Below, piece by piece: positions 40,378-54,534 of a stretch of DNA of 64,000 bases. Both the position numbers and the translations under genes were made by a program. Each line of letters opens with the position of its first letter. Positions within the stretch are counted from its first letter, which is position 1. The DNA is taken from contig OZ024743.1 in NCBI GenBank assembly GCA_964016885.1, positions 309,504,001 to 309,568,000 on the forward strand, written 5' to 3'. This DNA comes from Eledone cirrhosa (Eukaryota). Under the pieces are notes generated by a model. It was not told the DNA's origin. It did not search any database and worked only from the letters and a program-made list of their open reading frames with translations.

Positions 40378-40810
40378 GTATATATTTACATATATATACA
40401 TATGTTTATATAAATAGCTCTTTACTATACATAGAGCACTCTTCTTTCCTTTTCTCTTTCCACGGAAACACTTTACAAACACATACACACGCACACGCAC
40501 ACACACACACATATATATATATATGTATAGATATATGTATATATATATATGTATATATATATATGTATATATGTTGTGAAGGTGTGTGGCTGAGTGGTTA
40601 GAGAATTGGATTGGCAATCGTAAGGTTGTGAGTTCGATGCGTTATGCGTTATGTCCTTGAGCAAGACACTTTATTTCATGTTGCTCCTTCTACCTGGAGT
40701 TGCGACCGATAGATAATTAGCAATTGGAAAGACCAACGGAAACGTTGTTCCCTCGGTCCGATTTGACGAAAGTCGATCGTTCCTTTAATATTTGTATAAA
40801 TATATGTATA

Positions 40811-40862
<52 letters not shown>

Positions 40863-42046
40863 TAACAGATTAAAGTTTAACCAAAGAATCGCTGCTTTCA
40901 CCCTTAACGGGATCTTCTGAAACTAAAAAAATTATCTGTGAACGCAGAAGTAATTATTTAGAAAAACTTTGCAAAGAAGGAAAACAGGAAGACGATACTT
41001 TGATTCGTGGAGATGTTCCCTGGCAATGAACGGAAAAAAAGCGAAGATAATACGTCGTTATGTGGAAAGATGGGAGCAAATACACGCAAAGACAAAACCA
41101 TGTTTATGATTTAAATGGAGTCATTAGACTAATATTCTATTCAGGAAACAGAATGATTCTCGTCCTCGGAGTTAAGAATAATTGTTTCTACTTTTGGCAC
41201 AAGGCCACCAATTATCCAGTGCATTACTGGTACTTTATTTTATCGAGCCCGTAAGGATGAAAGGCAAAGTTAACCTCGGGGGATTTGAACTCAGACAATA
41301 AAGGAACGTAATTCTATGCTGCAAAGCATGGTGTCCGACTCTCTACCGATACTGCCAATCCACCGCCCCTTCGCTGTTAAGAATAATGTAAATAAATTAG
41401 TAGAACGAAAATGACAGAGGTTATTAAAGAAATAATAATTAAATACATACACACATCTATATACGTACATACACGTGCATACGCGAAAACACACGCCATT
41501 CATGCATATACATGCACGTACACATAAACACGCGCACACATACGAACGTATACACCAAATACACATATAAAAGTATATGTATGTATACATATAATTATAT
41601 AAACCTATATAAATATACAGACATAAATACGTATATAACGCAGGCACACATATACCTAGAGGTAAATACACATATGTTCACCAAACGTACATATACCAAA
41701 CCTTATATGTACACATATACGCACCTTACATACGTGCAAACCCGCATACACCCATACACACACAAAATGGAATACATATTTAGACATAACCATATACAAA
41801 TATACCAGTATATATAATATAATATATACACCTATAACAAATACAAGCATATATACATACGAGAAAGTATACGTACCTTCACAAAACATACGGGTAAGGT
41901 ATACTTACCTATACAAATAAGTGATGGTATAAACATAACATACTTAGCTACCACATCAAGACGTAAATTATCCGCGTATTATTATTACTATACATATACA
42001 TATATATATTTACATATATATATATTTACACACACAAACACACACT

Positions 42047-42115
<69 letters not shown>

Positions 42116-42128
42116 TTACACACACATA

Positions 42129-42196
<68 letters not shown>

Positions 42197-42222
42197 TACA
42201 TATATATATATATATACACACA

Positions 42223-42257
<35 letters not shown>

Positions 42258-42265
42258 GTGTATAT

Positions 42266-42331
<66 letters not shown>

Positions 42332-42335
42332 ATAT

Positions 42336-42368
<33 letters not shown>

Positions 42369-42419
42369 CGTATATATATACGTATATATATATATATATA
42401 TACATACGTATATATATAC

Positions 42420-42476
<57 letters not shown>

Positions 42477-42493
42477 CATACGTATATATATAC

Positions 42494-42597
<104 letters not shown>

Positions 42598-42626
42598 GTA
42601 TATATATATATATATATACGTATATA

Positions 42627-42674
<48 letters not shown>

Positions 42675-42687
42675 CGTATATATATAC

Positions 42688-42795
<108 letters not shown>

Positions 42796-43110
42796 GGGCG
42801 CACAGGCATTAGAATGTGTTTTCCTGCCAGCGACATATCAAACATATCGATCTTCATCACAGGAAACCGTTCTCATAATCAACAGCAAATGCATTAAAGA
42901 CATCTCGATTGCATGGAGAACCGTATACATAATTATTATGATTAAACGATATATATAACCTCAGAATCTTATTTTATTATATATATATATATATATATAG
43001 CATTATATATGTATATACCAGCCGAAATACGATTCTCGCTGAATTTATATTTATACAGATATATATATATATATATTATATATTATATATATATACTCAT
43101 ATATATATAT

Positions 43111-43185
<75 letters not shown>

Positions 43186-43243
43186 CGAATATATATATGT
43201 GAATATATGTGTGTGTGTGTGTGAATATATATATATGTGAATA

Positions 43244-43291
<48 letters not shown>

Positions 43292-43332
43292 TATTCACAT
43301 ATATATATATTCACACACACACACACACACAA

Positions 43333-43436
<104 letters not shown>

Positions 43437-43609
43437 TAAAATAACAGATTAAAGTTTAAGCAAAGAATCTCAAACACACACACATATATATATAATATAT
43501 TCTTGTTTATTCTTTCATCAAAGGGAACCGTGCCTTACTAAACATTAAGGTTAAATTGGATGAGGGGTCCTTCCTTTGTGGTCGTCATGGAGGTCTGACA
43601 GATAATGTT

Positions 43610-44535
43610 GATGATCCTGTTGAAGACGATGGTAATGGTGATGATGTTGGGGATGATGGTGATGATGGTGATGATGGTGATGATGGTGAGGTTGGTGATG
43701 ATGGTGATGATGGTGGTGATGGTGATGATGGTGATGGTGGTGATGATGGTGATGATGGTAAGGTTGGTGATGGTGGTGATGATGGTGATGATGGTGATGG
43801 TGGTGATGATGGTGATGATGGTAAGGTTGGTGATGATGGTGATGATGCTGATGGTGCTGATGGTGGTGATGGTGGTGATGATGGTGGGGTTGGTGATGAT
43901 GGTGATGATGGTGATGATGGTGATGATGGTGATGGAGGTGATGGTGGTGATGGTGGTGATGATGGTGATGATGGTGATGATGGTGATGATGGTGATGATG
44001 GTGATGATGGTGATGATGATTGAAGACGAGGCTAATGATGATGACTATGACAATGATGACGTCGATGCTGCATAGAGATCATGTGGAGGAGGAAGATGAA
44101 GATGATGATGATGATGATGATGATGATGATCGCTAGGAGGAGTGGGAGGGGGAGAAGTAAACTAATGATCAAATTCAACCTCATCCCGGCTATGATTATA
44201 TTAGTGATAAATGTTATTCGTGATATAGTGAGGATGGTGATCATAAAGAGAAGGAGAAAGAGGAAGGGGAACGACGACGATGACGACGGTGATGACGATG
44301 ATGATGATGGTCACGACTATGATGATGGTGATGAGGATAATGGGAATGTTGATGATGATCATGACGACGAGGACGATGATGATGGGGAGGAGGAGGAGGA
44401 GCAAAATAAAGATAAAATTGATATTGATCCTGATCATGATGGCATTAGTAATGAAGGTGATTCGTGATGGTGATGGTGGTGATTAGAATGGTGTTGGTAG
44501 TGTTAGTGGCGTTGGTGATGGTGATGGTAATGGTT
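43610..44535. repeat. (GAT/GGT)n trinucleotide low-complexity tract
   Basis: Directly visible; produces spurious D/G- and M/V-rich ORFs. Confidence 0.9.
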
Positions 44536-45674
44536 GGTAGCTAGGAGAGAATGGTATCATAAGCTGTTGATGATGAAAAGGCCAAACAATGAAATTGACA
44601 TTATGACTGGACAATAAGCGTAACTTGTGGTGAGAGCTTATTGACCAATTTATTGACCATTGTTAAGTAGCTACCGTCCAACGTTGCCCATTCTAACTGC
44701 ATTGTTTGTATATTCATTGTTTAATATCTATAATCGATATTGACAGCTACAGAATATATAGAGGCTAGGGGAAAACAGCTTTTAAATGTAACTGTGACCT
44801 TGTTGAAGTTACTGTCAGACGAGTTTACAGTTAAGGATTATATAGGAAAAAGGAACGAGGATTTATATTTAATAGTTTCTTTCATTTTATGTGAAAGTGC
44901 ATCGCTTACTAGATATAATATTGGGTTCATGATCGTAGAGTCGTAAGTTCAATTCTCACTCCAAGCAGTGCGTGGTGTCCCTCGGGAAGATAATTCATTT
45001 TTACGTTGCTCCAGATCACTCAACTTGAGAAAATGAATTGCGACATCACTGGTGCAAAGATGTATCGGACCTTGCCTCTCCCTTGGACAACATTTGTGGT
45101 GTGGAGAGGGGACACTGGTATGCATGGGTGACTGCTGCTGTTGGTCTCCCCCCGTCGCCCCACAAAAAACGACAACTTGCCGAGCGTTGTGTCATTTCAG
45201 TTATAATCGTAGGGGAATATCATTACATTATTGAATCGATGGGCGTGTTTGTTAAACCTTTAACAATAAAAATAATCTTGTTAGTTATAAACCTACGGAC
45301 AGTGATGTGTTGTTTTGAAGTTCACTTCACAGTGTGAGATTCTGGGTCTTATACCGCTTTGTGATACCGGACAAGATATGTTTTTGTACAATAGCATCGG
45401 GTTTGTCTGAAAGAATTTACTAGATGAAGACTGTGTAGAAACTTGTCGGAAAATCGAGGATTCAAGCACCTTTGCGTCATTTATTACGGGTAATACACAC
45501 ACTTTCTGAAACAGTACAAAGAAATGTACGGAATAACTCGACCTGGGGATGGTGTCTACATTTTGTGCTTAGGCAAATCATTTTCCATTAAGATTTTTCA
45601 AAAGCATGTAATTGCGTTCCCTCTCTTTTTTGTTGTTTCTTTTTGCTGCCGTTGGTGTGATAGCAGCCATTGGT

Positions 45675-46480
45675 CGTACTACTAACACAGTCTCGCCCTT
45701 CCAAGCCAATCGTATATATCCCCTTCTGCCTCGTCGACCTAAACAATGATTGTAGCACCTCCTTGTACACAATGTTCCTTTTTCTTCCGTGTCGGGCATA
45801 TGCAAAGAGATTTGTTTTGATTCCCACTCTTGAGCAGCCAACGTATAGTTGCCCGTGACGAATTTATTCCTAGTTGGTAATTGGTAAAGAAAATAAAAAA
45901 TCTTCCGCTTAACGTCAGCGTACGTGATTTTATCATAGGTTTGGGGATATTTTGGCGGGGATTTCTAAAAAGATCCTCTATTTCTATCTACTGGGGTCAG
46001 TGGAAATGTCTCAGGATATGTTATCAAAGAATTAGTAACTGAAACTTACCGATTGAAAAATAAGCCGATCGTCGGAATGGTAATCTCAACGGTAATTGGT
46101 AACCTGGGCTGGCTTTCCTCACTTATGTACCAAGATAGATAGAAATTACCGCTTAACGCCAGCGTATGTGATTTTTAACATAGGTGTGGGGATATTTTTT
46201 GGCTGGGGCTTTCTAAAAAGATCCACTATTTCTATCTATGTACATAATGGGTTATATGGCTTGGTACTAACACCAATAATAATGTGTGCAACGGGGGTAA
46301 GTGATTATGTCTCAGGAAGTATTGCAAAAGCATATTAAAGCAACTGGGGTAAGTGGGATGTCTCAGGATTGTTAGCCAAAAAATTAGTAAATGACACTTA
46401 CTGATTGAAAAATAAGCCGTCCGTCGGAGAGGTATTCTCAAGTGTAATTGTTAACCTGGGTTGGCTTGCCTCGCTTATAT
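45675..46480 (-). mobile_element. Helitron remnant with internal tandem duplication
   Basis: 45750-45860 (-) HGQLYVGCSRVG..NL..Y...RNIVYKEVL, the Pif1 C-terminus. 45903-46126 resembles 46147-46478. Confidence 0.6.
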
Positions 46481-46862
46481 TATATATTAAAATAACAGAT
46501 TAAAGTTTAAGCAAAGAATCGATGCTTTCACCTTTAACGGGATCTGCTGAAATTTAAAAAATCAATCTGTGAACCCAGAAGTAAATATTTCGAAACACGT
46601 TGCAACCGAAGGAAAACAGGAAGACGATACTTTGGTTCGTGAAGAATGTTTGTCATAATGTCGTAATGCAGACAGCAGGCAGAGAGAAGATATTATAAGG
46701 GCGCGACGCAGATCGATAACCAGCGCCCAACACCCCTTTAACAACAGAAAATTGAAAAATAAAAGCTGCAGTTAATATCTTTAGACCGCAAGGAATATAT
46801 AAATGCAAGTTTGAAGTCAATCGGAGTAGAACTGTGAATTTGTATAGACTTTGCAAAAATTA

Positions 46863-46932
<70 letters not shown>

Positions 46933-47002
46933 CCACGTATATATATACATACATACTGATATATATACATATATACTGAGATACATATATATATTCATGA
47001 AT

Positions 47003-47099
<97 letters not shown>

Positions 47100-47114
47100 T
47101 ACATATATACACAG

Positions 47115-47188
<74 letters not shown>

Positions 47189-47234
47189 CCTTATAAAGAA
47201 AGAAGAAACATAAATAAATAAATAAATACCTATT

Positions 47235-48830
47235 ATTTCCTCACATTCTCGACTGTACAGTTTGGTGGCTACTTTGCAAAAATCCTATATCATAGTGATG
47301 TAGTATTCTTGTGAGGTTTGCCAACTTATCAAGAGAATACCTCATATAAAGTTTCAAAACCTTTCCGCATCGCGCGAGAGAGAATCCCGGGAAGGCGGAG
47401 GGGGTATTCTCTTGATAAGTTGGCAAACCTCACAAGAATACTACATCTCTATGATGGTTTCTGAACCCACACTGCCACTCAGGCAACACATTCAGAGCAA
47501 CCTTTGAGATCAATCTATCCCTCAAAATTCGACACATTACTGCGTGAAATTTTCACTACCGCACTTCAAAACCTCTGCACTCAGACCATCCATACTAGGA
47601 GACTTACCACAGTTCAGCTTATGCACAGCAGAAGTCACCTCTACAAGAGAAGGTGCATCAGCCATCTCACGCTTCGCTGGTTCAATAGGAATGGAGCAAA
47701 TGAAATCATCATCAACCTGGTTCAAGAGCTCATCAAAGTGTTCCCTCCGTCTGTGGAGTATGTCTTTTGGATCGCGCAGTAACTGCTTGCGAATCTTTCG
47801 ATTTCAAAGGTGCCACTGGTGAGCTGAAACGGCCATACACCTCTCTGAGTAGAGTGTGCAGCAGTTGCACATTTTTGCCATTAGATGGTGCTTGAACTTC
47901 ATCTGCTGTGTTGCTCCACCAGGTATTTTGCATGGCCCTGAGTTTCACCTGCACCTCCTTTTTACCTGTCTGTAACGCTCATAATTGACAACAACAGAGC
48001 TACCACCGTTAAGAACTGCCTCGATTGCCTTTTGTTTTCTGTCCAGCAGAAACTTGATCTCCTGATCATTCTCATCAAAGCAGTACATGTGTTTTCTTGT
48101 GACAAAGCCAAGGACTTCTGCTGAAACATCATAGACCGAGCTCTCGAAGTCATTCCAATTATATGCACAATCAATGCTTTCAAGCCTGCGACGCAGCTCT
48201 TCCTTGACACCTTTATCATTCATTCGATCTATATTCAAGCGCTTTGGAATCTTGACACCATTTTCTCTTGTTTGAGGTTTGATCACCAAGTTTGCCTTGA
48301 CGCGCACCAGGCGATGGTCTGTCCAGCACTCTGCAGCACGCAGAAAATGCACATGCTTGATATCCTGCATGTCATGTTTCTTCACAAGAACATAGTCGAT
48401 CAGATGCCACATTTTCGATTCAGTGTGCATCCATGTTGTCTGGAACATCATGATTGCAATGAAAAAATCTAACTCCACATACAACTGTAGCAAGAGGAGA
48501 CCATTGCTATTATATTTCCAAATGTCATGTCTGCTGATCACATCCCAAGTCTCATATCCCTGCCAACGCGTGCGACAATTTTGTCTGCTGAAGGAATCTT
48601 TTTGACAGAATCTTTTTTACAGATACCTATAAAAGGCGATCAGTGATATGACCTTATTCGAGTAGCCTTGTTTCAGATAAGGCAATAATGTTCATATTGT
48701 AACTTCCCAGCTCTTTGGCAACAAGAGCTGATCTTCTTTCTAGTCGTCATTCTGAAGACACCAAATCTAATAAGGTCCGGATGTTCCAGCAACCAATATT
48801 CATAGGTATCAACTTTTTCCTATTCTTCGC
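47235..48830 (-). pseudogene. Decayed RTE-clade LINE (APE + start of RT)
   Basis: NSNGLLLL, TTWMH..SK.WHLIDY, ECWTDHRLV, GKSPSMDGLSAEVLKCG, LPE.QCGFR. Confidence 0.85.
47289..47455. mobile_element. MITE-like insertion with ~52-bp terminal inverted repeats
   Basis: atcatagtgatgtagtattcttgtgaggtttgccaacttatcaagagaatacc and its reverse complement (1 mismatch) interrupt the RTE QCGFR region. Confidence 0.75.
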
Positions 48831-49318
48831 AGTGATAGGATGACGATCGGGCCCATGCTGCGGTGCCACGGGGCACCTGCCGGGCCGACCCTTTCACCCT
48901 CAGTTCCAGAGCACCAACTGCCATTATTTCATTCATTATCATGGTTCATCGTTGAATATTTTTACCTTTTCTGTCTACAGCCAGTCGCAATGCAACAAAT
49001 TATTTGTTCAAATCGATCAGGCAATGCATGTGCTTGGAAATATTTTTTTAAAGTGAAGAAAAGCCTTGCATAGAACTCTTCCCACTCTCTGAGAATGGAG
49101 AGCATGTACCGAAAAGAAGAACTGGTCAACATCATCGGGTGCCCTCAACACTGCTGGTGTTTATTCGGAGTTATTCTCTCCTAGAGAAGTATTGTGACAA
49201 CAGCTAAGGGGGCATCTCACTCCCAGCGGGCTATCTGCGCGCCTGGATACCAACCCAGATATTTCCCGTCCCCGCGCACTCATATATACATACAAACATA
49301 CATACACACACACACACG

Positions 49319-49579
<261 letters not shown>

Positions 49580-49707
49580 ATATATGTGTATATATATATA
49601 TATATATAGTTTCGGTCGTGTAGTTTCAGTCGTGCCAGGTGTGCGTCCTGGGCTCCCGGTGGTATGTGTATTGGTCTCGAATCTCCTAGACCTCTGGCCC
49701 CCGTTTT

Positions 49708-51888
49708 GAACTACATAATGAACTACATAGAAACTATAAAAAAACCACTGTAGCCAACCTAAATGAGATTAACAGGGAGGCTAAAGTGATAGTAACGAAG
49801 CTAGGATTAGAGGAATGCACACGACCTTCTACCCTCCGCCAACCAAGGTTCACATTGAAAGATCATAAGGAGGACTTTGCAAGTAGCCCCTCTGTCAGGC
49901 TCATTAGCCCCTCTAAATCTGACATAGGGATTATAAGTAAAAAAATACTGGATGAAGTCATACCTAAAGTTAAGGATAGGATTACCCTGGACCTATGGGG
50001 AAACACTGCGAAAGTGATAAAGTGGTTCTCAAGCATTAGCAACCACAAATCACTACGCTTCATCCAGTTCGATATAGACTCCTACTATATGTCTATATCC
50101 CCCATATTACTGAATAAGGCGCTCATACTGGCAATGCGGACGGGCGGAATCACTAGATCCCAGATTGATATAGTTCTTGCCGCTCGTAAAACAATTATCG
50201 CATTTGAGAATGAATTGTGAATGCGCAAGAACACACATAATAACTTAGATATCACTATGGGGTCTAGTGACTCGGCACAGGTGACAGACCTCGTCGGCTT
50301 GTACCTGCTCAAGGAGCTCAACGAACTGTTCCCGCACCTCAGAGGTGGGCTGTACCGTGACGACGCACTGCTTACTGTGGGGTTTAAACGACACAACCTA
50401 GAAATAAATAGAAAGGACCTATATAAATTCTTCAAGAACTTTAACCTATCAATAACTATGGATAGAAATAGTAAGGTAGTCAACTTTCTAGATGCCACAC
50501 TAGACCTAGATAAGTTATAATATACACCGTACCATAAACCTAACGAGGGGCTGACATACGTCAATGCCAACTCCAACCACCCAGGCTCAGTCCTCAAAGC
50601 AATAGTTAAGGGAGTATCTAGTAGGATTAGCGGACTATCTAGCAACGTGGCCGCATTTGAGGCAAATGCGGAGTCTTACAATAAGGCGCTAGCTAGGTCA
50701 GGGCACAAAGATAAACTTCATTATATTGAGACAAACGGCACCACCCTACTACCCCAACCCAGTACTATAATCACGCATAATATGTCCATAGGTGATGGAG
50801 GGAGGTCTAGAAAGACGAATAGGGACAATAAGAATTTAGCTAAGAACACCAACACTCGCAATGCAGACTCGGATAGGGCACGCACGGCTGGAAAGCGTTA
50901 CGCCGCCCCAAGCAAGACCAACAGTGAAAACGGGGGCCAGAGGTCTAGGAGATTCGAGACCAATACACATACCACCGGGAGCCCAGGACGCACACCTGGT
51001 AGAACCCGTGATAATCTAGATGAAGGGAGGGTAAGCAGCATAGGGGATAAGAAACGCAATGGAAAGAATAGAAGACGTAATAGCACCTTCTTTAACCCGC
51101 CCCTCAACTCTAATATTATTACAGACCTCCCCAAATCTTTTTTCTCTTTAATAGATAGGAACTTGCCCCCAGGTAGTAGGTACGGTAGTGTCATCAATAA
51201 GAATACTATCAAACTATCGTACTCGACAACCCCTAATCTGGCCTCTCACCTAGCTAAGACCAATAAGAGTAAGATTAAAGAGGGACTTAAGGCCATCCGT
51301 AATAGCGAACCACGCCAGTACACACGACAACATGGGACCTACCCACTGAGTGAAGGACCTAGGGGGATAACAGGCAATAGACCCGGTCCCACTAGGCAGC
51401 CCCGCGGCCGCTTTGAGGGACATGCACCCCTCATTGAGGAGCATGACCCTATTAGGAAGTGTAATTGCCGACGGAAGGACAAATGCCCACTAGCTGGACA
51501 CTGCCTTATGAAGAACGTAGTATATGCTTGTAATGTAACCACAGACACGTATACTAAGACGTATGTGGGGTCAACCGCTACCCAGTTCAAGACGAGATTC
51601 AACGCCCACCAGCTTAGCTTCCGAAATGAGAAACTTAAGAGTACCACGTCGTTAGTGGGACACATACATAACTTAAAACAAGCAAAAACTCCCCACACAC
51701 TAAGCTGGAGATGCCTTACTAAAGCTCCTCCATATAGCTCGTTGAGCAGGTTTTGTAGCCTGTGCCTAACTGAATCTCATGCCATAGTATTCTCCGAACT
51801 TAACTTGCTCAACAGGAGGTCAGAAATCTTCTCGTCCTGCCCCCATACTATACTTAGCTCTTTCTTTTTCTTCAGACCAGACACCTAA
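49708..51888 (+). pseudogene. PLE RT + GIY-YIG ORF, 5'-truncated, in-frame TGA (50218-50220) and TAA (50518-50520)
   Basis: ORFs 49786, 50221 and 50647 are one frame and collinear with copy E (TLKDHK, FIQFDID, MGSSDSAQVTDLVG, GGLYRDD, CNCRRKDKC, YVG). Confidence 0.92.
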
Positions 51889-54401
51889 CCCTGACCCCAC
51901 CCTGTCTCGCACATGGCTGCCCCGTTGGCGAGTGGAATGTTCTTGAGTAACCCCGGCCCCATTGATGCCTCGGCTCCCCACTTGCCGATGGGGATTCTGG
52001 TGAGGAACAGTCGATCCTGTGTCCAACTTGCCAAAGTGGGATTGGTGGCAGCATTGTTGCTGGGCGCTCTAGGGGCCGCTGATGCCTGCGGTGTGGGATA
52101 CTGCGAGTGACTGGACCCACATTGCCTGGTCTGAGGGTGTACCGTCGAGGATACATATCAACAAATTCGGGAATTTGCCCAAGGGAACAGTAGCGGAGCA
52201 CCAAATGTGGCGGCCGTTCCCTGCCTGTTACCAATAACCCCCTCCCCCCGCTAGTAAACCCCCGTTGAGGTGTGTCTTGCTGGTCAATCTGCTGTCAGCC
52301 ACTACCCGAGACTGGACACGGTCGTAGCCATAGGCCTGCGCGTGCGCGGTAGCATGGAGTATGTATTTTCTGCTAGTCACCCCGTGTAATATGATACCTC
52401 AATATTCCATGCATGGGATTCACCGAAGCATGCGCAGACTTAACCGGGAACATTTGAAAATACGACATGCGAATTTGAAAATACCACAAGAGAGATCCTT
52501 TGGATAGTGTAGACGCCGGACCATACCCGCAAATATATGCATATATACCGTGATCTGTCTTGAATAGGCATGACCGACGGGATATAGAAGCAGCATGGAT
52601 AACACGACCACCATCTAAGCTAGAACTGACCCCTACAACAAACAAAGAGGGAACAGCCCTTAGCATTTGACCAGTCGCGTGTGAACTTGGAATTGGTGAG
52701 AGGAGGGGACAATAGCGAGAGACGCAATATACCACCCCAATCAAGTCCATACTGGACTTTTTTTTACCAATATATCATGTACACCAATATATCCTATACA
52801 GCAAAACCTTGGATTTAGAACTGGCAGGCTGATCTATCGCGAACGCGTGCAATCCCACGCATGGATCAATAACTGGCACGACCGAAACTACATGGAAAAG
52901 ATCAAACGGACCACACCCTGCGACCACTAGCTGTTTCATCCGCGGGTCCATCTTCCAGAGAGTGCACACAGCTGATAGTGAATCCCAGTTGACTCGTGAA
53001 CTCGGAACTTTTCAACAAGACCAACTGTGTCTGGAGCTACGCAGATGATTGCATGCGCACAATGGATATCGCACCTACAAGGTCACCAGTATTGTTCATC
53101 TTACTGTATGTGTGTAAAGTATCCGTGTGTGGGATAACCCTGAGTAAATTTTCTTGACGGTTAATTGTTTATTAATTGTTTGTTAATTAGGCAGGAATAT
53201 ATTATAATATCTTTGTTAATCCTATATTAATAATTTTTTGATAATACATTATTAGATTACTGAAACTATTTAATACCTTCTTAAAAATACATTTTATAAT
53301 TATTGTCTTTCTTACTTATCATTTTCTTTAATCTTCGAGCCCAACTTGATAAGCTCTTTGAATTACTCCTTAATTAGATTACTTAAATTACTTTATTTTT
53401 TATACCTAAGTTGTTGTATCCGTTGAAGCAACCCTTTGGAAATTCCTCGAATCTCCCAAATCCCGTAGTTTTTAATTTGTAATTTTCCTCAATTCATTTT
53501 TATATATATTTTTAATGGTTTTCTAAAATTTTAATTCTTTGAAGGGTCTTTCGGAAGAGGTTTTTATTAAAAATATTAAAGGGGCCTTTTCTGAGGGATT
53601 TCTTGAAGGCTTTTTGAATTAACCGTTAATTGATTAATTTCTCTCAACTATTTATTTCTTAATTTTTAAAATTAAATTTAATGTCCAACCTCTTAATCTT
53701 TAATTTTTAATCTTGGATATATAAGATTGCTTAATCTTAAATTCCTTAAATTTTTTAATTTCTGGGTTTGGAACTCTTAAACTTCAAATCCTAACTTAAA
53801 TCTTAATCTTTATATTATGGATTCCCTAAATAATTAACTTTATTAACCTCTTAAATCTTATTGAAAGTTTTTTTCCCTAATTTTTAATGTTTAATTTTTA
53901 ATTTTTAATTTTTAATTTTTTGCTTAGAACTTTCGTAGGGATTATTAAATCTTCGTAAATTTTCTTAAATCTTTTAAGGGAATTTCTTAGAAAAATATTT
54001 TTTTTATTTTTTATTTATTTTTTTTTTTAATGAATTTTTTAAGGAAACTTTTTATTTTTTTATTCTCTTAATCTCTTCTGGTGTTTTAAGTTTATTGAGG
54101 CTTATAAGCTTTATGCGTTTATTGAGGGATTTTTAAGGTGCTTTTAAGAGATCCCAAGTCTTTTACTTTTAATGCGTAACTTATAAATTCCTTAATTTTT
54201 AACCTTCAATCCCTAACTTGTAGGCCCTTTTCAAATTCTCTTAATTCCCTATAACCCATTCCTCTTACAACTCCTACAACTAATATAAAAGAGCCCCCTT
54301 AGAATATAGACCCCAAATATACAAGCTGAGCTGTTGATTTCAAACTGCTAATCTTGAGTGAAACGTTGATGAAAATAATGAACTTACAATTACCTGTTAT
54401 A

Positions 54402-54448
54402 TGCCTTGAAAAGTCCCACCATATGGTCGGACGAAACGGCTGTCGGCA
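54402..54448 (+). ncRNA. Hammerhead ribozyme, U3:A8 core variant
   Basis: TGCC TTGAAAA GTCC-CACC-ATAT-GGTC-GGAC GAAAC GGCT GTC GGCA, overlapping AATAAA at 54448. Confidence 0.8.
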
Positions 54449-54492
54449 ATAAACTTGTTATAATGTCATAAAAGTTCCTTTGTTCTTTTTCC

Positions 54493-54534
<42 letters not shown>

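Larger units (their letters stand above)
49607..54497 (+). mobile_element. PLE (copy F): inverted 5' segment, ORF, 2.6-kb 3' region, terminal hammerhead
   Basis: Both ends abut (TA)n. 49607-49707 is inverted internal sequence. Confidence 0.9.

Noticed and set aside
43556-44486. Asp/Gly-rich ORFs resembling acidic biomineral proteins
   Set aside because: Simple GAT/GGT repeat open in several frames; no signal peptide or splice evidence.
50518-50520. Second stop (TAA) in copy F
   Set aside because: Position is variable and open in copies A and E; ordinary decay.
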